Virus record (IMG/VR): IMGVR_UViG_3300035704_000393
Location: 9,677-73,676 of that record
Length of the DNA stretch: 64,000 bases
Origin: a virus
Strand: one strand, 5' to 3'
Shown: positions 18,801 to 26,809 of the stretch, one piece after another
Layout: every line of letters starts with the position of its first letter
Numbering within the stretch: position 1 is the stretch's first letter
Notes under the pieces: model-generated
Databases searched by the model: none
Seen by the model: only the letters and a program-made list of their open reading frames with translations
Told to the model about the DNA's origin: nothing
Program-made: the position numbers and the translations under genes

Positions 18801-21800
18801 CCCACGCCATCGGCGGCGCGTACAACTTCGCCGACGGCAACGGCTACTGGCCACCGCACGTCGCCGAGCAGGCCGGGCTCGCCCCGGCCGCCGCCGCCAA
18901 GGACGACGAGCAGGGCAAGCCGGTCCCGTTCAAGGGACCCGGCCAGTGGCGCACCCAGGCCGACAAGGCCCGCCGCGACGCCCTCAAACGGCTCCAGGAG
19001 CAAGGCGGCAGCGACGAGCACGCCGGGCCGGACACCACCACGGCCACCGCGGTCCGCATCGACGTCACCCTCAACCCCGGACACGACCTGCCGGACTGGC
19101 ACCAGCCCGACCACGGCACCCTGGCCTCCGCCCAGGACGAAATCGGCAGGCTCCGCGACTGGCCGGGCGGCGGCGCGGCGATCCGCGAGGTGGTGGTCCG
19201 CCCAAAAGGTGAAGCCGCCCACGCGGCGGCCGACACCCCAGGCGGGGCCTGGACGGTCCGCTACGTCTTCGCCCGCTCCCGGCCGGCGTTCGACCCCCGC
19301 GAGGCCCGCGACACCGCCGGCCGGTGGACCAGCACCGGCCTCAAAGAGGCCCTCCGCCTGCCCGGCGCCCACCGCATCGACGCCGCCGACCAGCCCGGCC
19401 ACGCCATCATCGCGTTCGGCGACCCGGCCACCGCCCGCCACGTGGTCACCTACGTGCCCGGCGTCGGCGACGACAAGGGCCTGCCCGGCGAGGCCCGCCG
19501 CGCGCTGGCCACCAGGCGCGCCGCCGACGCCGAACACAAGGGCGACTCGGCCGTCATCCTCTGGCAGGGCTACCACCGGCCCGGCAGCTTGCACGACGCA
19601 CTGTCCAAGACCGACGCCCTCGGCGGCGCCCCCGGCCTGGCCGCCTTCGAGCAGCACCTACGGCAGATCAACCCGTCCGCACACCAGACGGTCATCGGCC
19701 ACTCCTACGGGTCCGTCGTCGCCGGCGAAGCCGCCCGCCTGCACCACATGCGCCCCGACGACCTGGTATTCGTCGGCAGCCCCGGCACGACCGCCCGCAC
19801 GGTCACCGACCTGGGTATGGACCCACGGCACGTGTGGGCCGGGGCACACACCCAGGACCCCGTAGCCCGCCTCGCCCCGGTCCTGTCCGAGGACTTCCAC
19901 GGCAGCCCCACCAGCCTGGACTACGGCGCCCAGCCGTTCGCCGCCGACACACCCGGCCAGGAGTTCCCCGGCGTCTTCCACGGCGCCGCGCACTCGTCCT
20001 ACTGGTCCGGCACGAGCCAGGCCCTGCCGAACATGGCGGCGATCGCCGCCGGAGACTACGGCAAGGTACTCCGCAAACGACCCGCCCCGGTCACTGTCTC
20101 GGCCAGCCACGCCGAAGCCGCCACCCTAGTCACCGCCGCACTCCGCCAGGATGACGCCGCCCCTGTCGCGGCCGGCTCCGACTTCGACCTGAAGCACCCC
20201 CGCGGCTACCACGGCCGGTTCGGCCACGGCGTAGGACCGCCCCGCAAGACCCGCATCCCCGCCGGCCTGGACAGCGGCGACCGCAAGATGATCGCCGACC
20301 AGCTCACCGCCTGGGCCAAGGCAGAGAAGGACGACAGCCTCAAAACCGCCCTGGGCATGGTCGCCACGAGCTACGCGGACGGCGACTACCCCGGCGCCGC
20401 CTACCGCCTCCGCCTCGCCGCGGACCGCGCCGCCCAGCTCGGTCGCCCCCTCGACCACGACCAGATGAACACCATCGCCGGGCTGATCGGCAAGCTCGGC
20501 ACCGGCGGCGGCGGCGAAGGCTACCCCGGCCAGCACCGAGACCAGATCAGCAGCCACTGGCGGGCCGAAACCGACCCCGAAGCCAAACAGCACCTCAACG
20601 TGGCCGGCGCCGCCTACGGCAACAACCAGTACGACCAGGCCGCCGACGAACTCCGCGAGGCCGCCGGCCGCGTCGGCCCCCTCGGCCGCACCGCCGACCG
20701 GGACACCTACCTCGCCCTGGCCGACGCGATCGAGCAAGAAGGCCAGGACAACGGCATCAGCCACGCCGCCCAGCTGCTCACAGCCATCGGCACCGAAACC
20801 GACGCCACCAACGTCGGAACCATCGCCGACCAGCTCAGCTACGCGCACCGCGTCATCGAAGCCGCCCACCAGGGCACCCGGTGGCGTTCCCAGGCCGCCG
20901 GGTACCTCCGCCAGGCCGCCGACCTCGCCCGCGCCACGGGAGACAGCCAGGCCGCCAACCGGTACGAGAACCTCGCCCACCGGGCAACACACCTGCCCGA
21001 CGAGCAGGCACCCGGCGACCGCGACGTCACGGCCCTGCTCGCCAGGGCCGCACCCGACGTCCCGGAGCTGCTCGGCGGCGGCGACCAGCGGTGGAACGGC
21101 CGGCTCGGCACGTTCACCAAGACCGACCAGCCCGACTACCTCGGGTTCACCTACCCCGACGGGCACATCGAGTTCCGCACCGACGTCGTAAACGGCCTGC
21201 TCGACGCCCAGGCCCACCCCGGCAAGGTAATGCCCGAACCCGACAACCTCGACGTCGTGCTCCACGAGCTGATCCACGACACCACCGGCGGTCGCACCGA
21301 GCAGGACAAGAAAGACTGGGCCGCGCTGCCCCCCGCCGAGCAGAACGCCCTGGGCGGCATCCACGAGATGGATCAGCACGACGACCCGTCCGGCCGCGGC
21401 AACCCGATCGCCCGCGCCCCCAGCCAGATCCAGCGGGTCCACCTGTGGATCACCAAGGCGCAACTCGACTCGCTCGTGTCCCGCGGGCTGATGGAGAAAA
21501 CCGGCACCAGCAGCGGCGGCGGGGACGGCTCGCTGGAGCCCGACATCCGGCTGGCAGGCAAAGCCCTCCGGATCATGCCCCATGCCGACAGCGCCGCCGA
21601 CGGCGACGCTTACACCTCCGTGACCGGCCACGACATCGAGGAAGGGTTCACCGAGCTGGGCTCCACCCAGCACATGGAGCAATTCGCCAAGGACCAGGGA
21701 TTCGCCCAGGTGATGACCCCGCGGCTATCCGTCGCGCCGCTGGGCACCCCGCCCACCGAGAAGCAGGTCCTCGACGTCCAGGACGACCTGAAAACCCTGT

Positions 21801-24800
21801 ACGACGACGCCGGGAAGGTCGGCGGCCAGCCCGGGTCGCTGGAAGCCTACGTCACGCTCAGCAACGCCATCCACGAGATGGAGTCGATGACCGGCCCGGA
21901 CGCTGACACCACCGCCTACGCCGGGTACCTCGCCCAGGCCGCCCGCACCCAGCCAGACCCCCTCATCCGCAGGCGGATCAACGACCTGATGACCCGGCTC
22001 GGCATCACCGGCGGCGGCACCGTCGACAACCCGGCTTACGACCGGGCTGTCACCCGGCTGATCGGCGACCTCCAGAAGCAGTGGGCCAAGCTGTCCGGCG
22101 ACCAGCGCCCGCCCTACCAGCAGGCCGCCGAGCACCTCGGCGGCATGATCGAGGACCTCAAAGCCGACCACGCCCAGCTGGCCGCCTACGACTTCACCGG
22201 CCGCGACTTCTCCACCACCGGGCACGCGCTGGCCGAAATCCAGCACCTGGGCGACCCCGGCCTGGCCAAGTGGGCCATCAAGATGAAAGCCCAGGCGGCC
22301 AAGGCCCAGCAGATCCCGGCGGCCCGGCACGACACCGTACCCGAGTACGCCCACGGGCTCGCCGCCCCCGCCAAACTCGCCTCCAGCGGGTCGTGGGGCC
22401 ACTACCCGATCCTGACCGCCAACGCCCAGCAATGGGTCCAGTCGATCGCCCGCAGCGAACACAAAACCGGGCTCGGCAAGCAGGGCACAGCCGGGTACAA
22501 GCGGACCGTCGAGCTGGCCGACGAGATCAACCGGGAAGGAACCGCCGGGAAGATCACCGCGATGGCCCGCCAGGTCCTCCGCAACCAGGGCATCGACCCC
22601 GACACCGCCGACCCCTCCGTGCTCGCCGACGTCCGCGACGAGATCATCGCCACCTACGGCGACCCAAGCTCGGCCGGGCACGGCGCCGCCGCCGCCTACA
22701 AAGCCGCCCGCCGGGTCGCTAGGCAGCGGCAGCAGGGATACCAGCGGCAAGGCGGCACGATGGTCAAATTCGGCGCCGCCGCCGACGACGCCGACGACGA
22801 GGACGCCCAGCCGCCCGTCAGCGCCACGCTGACCCCGGCCGGCGCGCAGGCCGAACGGATCAGGGCCTGGGCCTGGCACGACCCCGGCGCCCGCCTCGAC
22901 CAGGCCAGGGCGCAGGTCCGCCAGCTCGCCGAGCAGACCACCGACCCGGCCGCCCTGCGCCAGGTCCAGGACGCCGGCCGCAGCCTGGCCACCCTCGCCG
23001 CCCTCCGGCAGCCCGCCGCCGGCCCCGCCGCGGCGTTCCGCCCGGACGAGGCGCGCGACCCGCACACCGGCAAATGGACGGGCGGCCCCGGCAGCACCGT
23101 CACCGCCCGCGAGCGTGTCACCGGCGCTAACGGCGCAGTACAGCCATCCCTGACCACCGCCCAGCAGCAGCACCTGGCGGCAGCCGCCAGGGCCGCGAAA
23201 AAGACCATGACACCCGCCCAGCGGCACGCCGTCGAGCAGTGGACCAGCGCCCGCGGCATGGTGCACCGTATCCAGGCCGGCCAGGTCTCCGACGCCACCG
23301 CCACCGCGTTCGACCAGGCCATGCACGCCGCCCCGAAAGTCGACGGCCTGGTCTACCGCGGAGTGCTGCCCGGCAGCCACGGCGCCCAGGTCGCCGAGCA
23401 CCTGACCCCGGGCGACATGCTGACCATAGACAAGCCGGTATCGACCTCGGCCGACCCCCGGCAGGCGGTCTCATTCGGCAACGACCTGTACGAAATCGAC
23501 TCGCCAGCGGCGGCCTACGTCTCCGGCGTCGCCCCCGGCTACGCCTACGAGAAAGAAGCCGTCCTGGCCCCCGGCCGGTACCAGGTCGTCAGCACGGAAA
23601 CCGGCAAGATCAACTACCTCAGCGTCCGCAAGACCGGTCCCGTCCGCATCATCCGGCTCCGCGACGTCACCACCGGCGACCGGACCTGGCGGCCATCCGC
23701 CACCGCAGCCACCCCGGCCGCCGCGGCGCCGCCCGGCGGCGAGGACAACCGGGCGCACCGGTTCCTGGACGGCGCCGGCACCGGCGAGTTCACCCCGGCC
23801 GGCACCCTCGCCGCAGCCGGCGTGGTGACCGCAGACTCCGACTTCGAGCGCAAGCACCCCCGCAGGCCCGACGGGAAGTTCGGCCACGGCCCCGGCGGAA
23901 CCGTCCGGCCCGACAACGACCAGCTGATCACCGACAGCCTGTACCGCCTGTACCAGGCCGAGCAGGACCCCGACGCCCGCGCCGCCGTCCAGCAAGCCGG
24001 CCGCGCCTACGCCGACCACGACCTGCCCGCCGCCGCCCGCGCGCTCCGCGACGCAGCAGGCCACGCCACCAACCCCGGGATCTACACCTACCTCGCCGGC
24101 CGCGTCGAGGACCGCCACGCCGCCCAGGCCAGCGAACCCGCCAGGGCGATCGCCGTCGCCGGCCCGGCCGCCAGGGCCACCGCCGCGGCCCTGGACAAGG
24201 CCCTGGCGTCCGGCGGGGAACACGACACCAGGCCCGGCGAGGACCTCCCGGCAGGCTCCGACGAGCGGCGCTTCTTCGGGAACACCGCCGACACGGCCAT
24301 CGTCACCTACGCCGACGGGTCCAAGTGGGTCCGCAAACGCGGCAACCGCCTGCACCCCTTCACCAACGATGACGTCAACCACGAAGTCGCCTACGCCCGC
24401 GTCGCCCGCGCGCTCGGCATCCCCGCCCCCATCGCCATCAAGCACACCGGCCCCGACGGCCGGCCCGAACTGTACGAGCCGTTCGTCACCGGCGGCATCC
24501 CCGCGATCGAATGGACCGGCGGCCTCGACCCGACCGAAGGCGACGACCCCGAACCCGGCCGCGACCCCGCCCAGCTGTACGACACCCGCGAAGGCCGCAT
24601 GATCGGCCTGGCCGACTCGATCGCCGGAACCTCCGAACGGCACCTCGGGAACTGGCTCGTCGTCCACGACGCCGCCGGCGACCACCCCGTCCCGATCGAC
24701 AACAACGACGCCACCTTCGGCCCCGTGTTCGGGTCGATCACCCCGTTCGCCGACTTCGACCCGCCCCAGCTCGCCGCCGAAACCGACGCCGACGAGTGGG

Positions 24801-24922
24801 CACAGTGGCAGGCCGGCCTGGAGGCCCTGCAACCCGAGTTCGCCCAGCTCGGCATGACCACCGAATGGCGCAACGTGATGAGCAACTACACCGAGGCCAA
24901 ACGCCAGGCAGGCGAGACATGA
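15866..24922 (+). CDS. Giant portal-MuF-effector polyprotein (3018 aa): DUF935-type portal, MuF-like Cys domain, unknown domain, alpha/beta hydrolase, helical repeats, HExxH peptidase, R-S-E ADP-ribosyltransferase, PI3K/HipA-like kinase
   Basis: AAGGAGG RBS. Portal: MRRDSKIAAVL, GVSMLRAAY, RWGMGMPV. MuF-like: DPNCCQPC...CLGGLRCRG. Hydrolase: GHSYG (19697). Peptidase: HELIH (21263) and EEGFTE. ART: YRG (23354), STS (23441), EKE (23549). Kinase-like: ERHLGN (24635) and IDN. Confidence 0.85.
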   Translation: MPARTRMNGVPTTPVGRPDVVWGLPGQGGLLTEWAETVPDLTWPESIRTYGRMRRDSKIAAVLSAFFMPILRTNWAVDPEGVTKAKAVDLVAADLGLPVLGQKGPPPAMATVPGFHWGEHLRLALLHYIYGFFPFERWYNAKSKDGLTHLAGLDERLPHTIALIDLADNGQIKSVTQNTQLNPLTANRLLWYVNEREGANWAGVSMLRAAYTPWVLKHETMRVHATSIRRWGMGMPVVKAPPGGTPGQVSQAQQLASGMRAGDTAGVGLPDGFSVEIAGMTGSVPDALGFLNYCDQQIASAALAVFLELGLSSGGARALGDTFLDMFLLSLQAAADAIADTISYGVPAMPGIARALTDINFGEDEPCPRIVATDVGDRHEITATAIQQLVMCGAVQPDDGLEAFIRQAWDFPARTTPRTPPAPPKAPGAPGGPPNPAAPSSPNPAAPGPQPGAPRPLTGPPGRRGGQPATGPARSAGGPTAAAGVEASAGGGLRRPLTELEAAAGLDPEAMRADLETATSRVLGQWGSVLRAQRADLADQVAAAVDDGQLHQLAALQAPSGDAADVLYRAMAAVAARAAGRMVAEAAGQGVTINLADVAINHPRLRQLATARALMAGQTLATAASRRALQVVTATAGTDAAREVTAVLAGLSPKPLADQLTAAMHSAANEARFAVLDAGPGATYTATELADDPNCCQPCHDVDGHQFASLADARASYANGAYIHCLGGLRCRGTVVASWPEEGGQPAEPGWPHNLTPPPDLTIGPGVAAGFDPGERRDPHTGQWTGEGGSTARTLTRKGHGKLSAVDRLGAIRADGTFEPITAAEGARGDSRPVSMAEFQRLAAEGREKLARFRAESAAPAGLDAKWDTIKNDAWAEVQKPWGGATIDAHTGEPLQTAAARYALTVKPVDLDPVSVPEKASEAQFKAAMDEARRRFADQLAARQAYLGVFHDDDQGRIDIDPTLVVDNLHDVETIGAFTHAIGGAYNFADGNGYWPPHVAEQAGLAPAAAAKDDEQGKPVPFKGPGQWRTQADKARRDALKRLQEQGGSDEHAGPDTTTATAVRIDVTLNPGHDLPDWHQPDHGTLASAQDEIGRLRDWPGGGAAIREVVVRPKGEAAHAAADTPGGAWTVRYVFARSRPAFDPREARDTAGRWTSTGLKEALRLPGAHRIDAADQPGHAIIAFGDPATARHVVTYVPGVGDDKGLPGEARRALATRRAADAEHKGDSAVILWQGYHRPGSLHDALSKTDALGGAPGLAAFEQHLRQINPSAHQTVIGHSYGSVVAGEAARLHHMRPDDLVFVGSPGTTARTVTDLGMDPRHVWAGAHTQDPVARLAPVLSEDFHGSPTSLDYGAQPFAADTPGQEFPGVFHGAAHSSYWSGTSQALPNMAAIAAGDYGKVLRKRPAPVTVSASHAEAATLVTAALRQDDAAPVAAGSDFDLKHPRGYHGRFGHGVGPPRKTRIPAGLDSGDRKMIADQLTAWAKAEKDDSLKTALGMVATSYADGDYPGAAYRLRLAADRAAQLGRPLDHDQMNTIAGLIGKLGTGGGGEGYPGQHRDQISSHWRAETDPEAKQHLNVAGAAYGNNQYDQAADELREAAGRVGPLGRTADRDTYLALADAIEQEGQDNGISHAAQLLTAIGTETDATNVGTIADQLSYAHRVIEAAHQGTRWRSQAAGYLRQAADLARATGDSQAANRYENLAHRATHLPDEQAPGDRDVTALLARAAPDVPELLGGGDQRWNGRLGTFTKTDQPDYLGFTYPDGHIEFRTDVVNGLLDAQAHPGKVMPEPDNLDVVLHELIHDTTGGRTEQDKKDWAALPPAEQNALGGIHEMDQHDDPSGRGNPIARAPSQIQRVHLWITKAQLDSLVSRGLMEKTGTSSGGGDGSLEPDIRLAGKALRIMPHADSAADGDAYTSVTGHDIEEGFTELGSTQHMEQFAKDQGFAQVMTPRLSVAPLGTPPTEKQVLDVQDDLKTLYDDAGKVGGQPGSLEAYVTLSNAIHEMESMTGPDADTTAYAGYLAQAARTQPDPLIRRRINDLMTRLGITGGGTVDNPAYDRAVTRLIGDLQKQWAKLSGDQRPPYQQAAEHLGGMIEDLKADHAQLAAYDFTGRDFSTTGHALAEIQHLGDPGLAKWAIKMKAQAAKAQQIPAARHDTVPEYAHGLAAPAKLASSGSWGHYPILTANAQQWVQSIARSEHKTGLGKQGTAGYKRTVELADEINREGTAGKITAMARQVLRNQGIDPDTADPSVLADVRDEIIATYGDPSSAGHGAAAAYKAARRVARQRQQGYQRQGGTMVKFGAAADDADDEDAQPPVSATLTPAGAQAERIRAWAWHDPGARLDQARAQVRQLAEQTTDPAALRQVQDAGRSLATLAALRQPAAGPAAAFRPDEARDPHTGKWTGGPGSTVTARERVTGANGAVQPSLTTAQQQHLAAAARAAKKTMTPAQRHAVEQWTSARGMVHRIQAGQVSDATATAFDQAMHAAPKVDGLVYRGVLPGSHGAQVAEHLTPGDMLTIDKPVSTSADPRQAVSFGNDLYEIDSPAAAYVSGVAPGYAYEKEAVLAPGRYQVVSTETGKINYLSVRKTGPVRIIRLRDVTTGDRTWRPSATAATPAAAAPPGGEDNRAHRFLDGAGTGEFTPAGTLAAAGVVTADSDFERKHPRRPDGKFGHGPGGTVRPDNDQLITDSLYRLYQAEQDPDARAAVQQAGRAYADHDLPAAARALRDAAGHATNPGIYTYLAGRVEDRHAAQASEPARAIAVAGPAARATAAALDKALASGGEHDTRPGEDLPAGSDERRFFGNTADTAIVTYADGSKWVRKRGNRLHPFTNDDVNHEVAYARVARALGIPAPIAIKHTGPDGRPELYEPFVTGGIPAIEWTGGLDPTEGDDPEPGRDPAQLYDTREGRMIGLADSIAGTSERHLGNWLVVHDAAGDHPVPIDNNDATFGPVFGSITPFADFDPPQLAAETDADEWAQWQAGLEALQPEFAQLGMTTEWRNVMSNYTEAKRQAGET

Positions 24923-26571
24923 CGACCCTCGCCGTGTACTCCGCCACCCGCCTCCTGGGCGAGATCACCCTCGACGGCAAGAGGCTGACCGGTTCCACCC
25001 CCGCGCTGCAAAACGTCGCCGACGTCGTAGCCCAGCGGGCCGGCGGCGACGTCGCCAAGGCATACGCCGCGCTGACCGGCTGGACCAACGGCTACCTCAC
25101 CATCACCACCGCCCCGGCCGCGGCAGGCGGCGGAGCACAGGCCGCGGCCTGGGACCCGGCCAAACACCGGCGCAAAAACAGAGGCCAGCCCGGCGGCGGC
25201 GAGTTCACCGACACGGACGGCGCCGGCCTGCCGCCGGTCCCCGACCTGTCCAAGATGAGCCGCGACCAGCTCATCACCCTGCTAGCCGACCAAGCCGGGT
25301 GGGTTGTCGACCATAATCTCGGCGGCCACCCGGAAGCCAGGGAACGGCTCCGCGCGATACGAGACGCGCTGCACGCCGGACCCGCCGGCCAGGCGCCCGG
25401 CGGCCCCCGGCCAGGCACCCCCGAGGCGCTGCTCGCCAGCATGACCGGGAACTACGACATCGAACCCGGCGTGCCCGCCGCGCAGAAACAGCACATCGCC
25501 GCCGCGCTCGCCCGGCTCCCCGCCCCGGTCCGCCAGGACATCAAGAACTACGGGACGATGCGGCAGGTCTCCATCCGCCAGCACAACTGGCAGACCGAGG
25601 CCCCCGAAGGCACCGTCACCGCGATCGGCAGCTACAACACGGACAGCCGCACCCTGACGATCTCCGCCGACTCCGGGGACGCAGCCCAGACAGCGGTCCA
25701 CGAATCGCTGCACGCCTGGGACCGGGGACCAACCGGCGCCCCCGGCCGGTTCTCCCGCCAGCCAGACTTCACCGCGATCGCCGGCCTGATCCGCGACGCC
25801 GCCCGCCGCCACCCCCGGCTGGCCGACCCGCACTACGCACCGGCCGGCGCCCCGCCCGGCCGCCTGGGCCAGCGGCTGCTCGACGCGGGCAACGCGGAGA
25901 TGTTCGCCGAACTCGGCGCCGACTACCTCGCCGGCTACCCGTACAACCTCCATGACCGGGGCTCGGCGACCGGGGCGCTGCCCCCGCCCATCCGCGCCAG
26001 ACTGGACGCCTACTACACCGGCGTCTTCCACATCCCCCGCAAGCCCGCCCGGCGCACGACAGCCGCCGCGGCGGACGCCGCCGACCTGACGGCCCTGTCC
26101 TGCGTCAGGACAACCAACCCGCCCAGCTGGCTCTTTACCACCGCCGACGGCACGGCAGTCAGCCCCGAGACCGGCGAGCCCGCAGCGCCCGGCGCTGCCG
26201 CCGCGGCATCCCGGACCGACGAAGCCCGCGGCCCGGATGGCCGGTGGATAGGCGGCGACGCTCACGGCCGGTTCTTCCACGGCACCCGGGCCACCTACGA
26301 ACCAGGCCGGGTGCTCAGCGGCCAAGTGCACTACTACACCGGGTACCGGCCCCAGGCGGCGAGCTACGCCCAGGGCGCCACACAGCACGGCCCGGCCCGC
26401 GTCTACCAGGTCGAGCCCATCGAGGGCCACGAACGCGACCCGGAGTATCCCGACACCGGCGAGAAGGTCCAGTGGCCGCCGGGCGGCGCGTGGCGAGCCC
26501 GCAAGGTCCGCGTGATCCGCGAGGTCAGCCACTCGGAGATGCCCCAGCCGGAGGACACCCCCGCGGTTTAG
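24919..26571 (+). CDS. Head-cargo polyprotein 2 (550 aa): lethal-factor-like HExxH metallopeptidase plus Arr-like ADP-ribosyltransferase
   Basis: ATGA overlap with the portal stop. GSYN...HESLH...EMFAE; FFHGT...YYT...ASYA...RVYQVEP...ERDPE...VRVIREV. Confidence 0.75.
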   Translation: MTTLAVYSATRLLGEITLDGKRLTGSTPALQNVADVVAQRAGGDVAKAYAALTGWTNGYLTITTAPAAAGGGAQAAAWDPAKHRRKNRGQPGGGEFTDTDGAGLPPVPDLSKMSRDQLITLLADQAGWVVDHNLGGHPEARERLRAIRDALHAGPAGQAPGGPRPGTPEALLASMTGNYDIEPGVPAAQKQHIAAALARLPAPVRQDIKNYGTMRQVSIRQHNWQTEAPEGTVTAIGSYNTDSRTLTISADSGDAAQTAVHESLHAWDRGPTGAPGRFSRQPDFTAIAGLIRDAARRHPRLADPHYAPAGAPPGRLGQRLLDAGNAEMFAELGADYLAGYPYNLHDRGSATGALPPPIRARLDAYYTGVFHIPRKPARRTTAAAADAADLTALSCVRTTNPPSWLFTTADGTAVSPETGEPAAPGAAAAASRTDEARGPDGRWIGGDAHGRFFHGTRATYEPGRVLSGQVHYYTGYRPQAASYAQGATQHGPARVYQVEPIEGHERDPEYPDTGEKVQWPPGGAWRARKVRVIREVSHSEMPQPEDTPAV

Positions 26572-26762
26572 TCCTCGGCCTGGCGGAACAGGGTCCCCAC
26601 GCCGCCGTCCCCGGGCGGATTATCTCCCCCGCGGACGTCCCGCTGGTCCAGCTCCAGGCAGGTCACGCAGACGAACCCCCGGTAGAACGGCTTCCAGAAG
26701 CCCACCCCGGCGCAGCCAGGACGCCGCCTCCGGCACTCGCCAGCTACCTGCTCGATGAACAT
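26568..26762 (-). CDS. Small antisense Cys-containing protein
   Basis: Fills the only gap in the head module; CxxC; stop overlaps the preceding stop. Confidence 0.35.
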   Translation of the reverse strand: MFIEQVAGECRRRRPGCAGVGFWKPFYRGFVCVTCLELDQRDVRGGDNPPGDGGVGTLFRQAED

Positions 26763-26809
26763 GCCTCAGCTTAAACCGCCGGGGCCGAAGCGCACACGGG
26801 AGGCCGCTG

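Noticed and set aside
24511-24918. Upstream extensions of ORFs 24511..26571 and 29452..33945
   Set aside because: They overlap the preceding genes; the coupled starts at 24919 and 30181 are more plausible.
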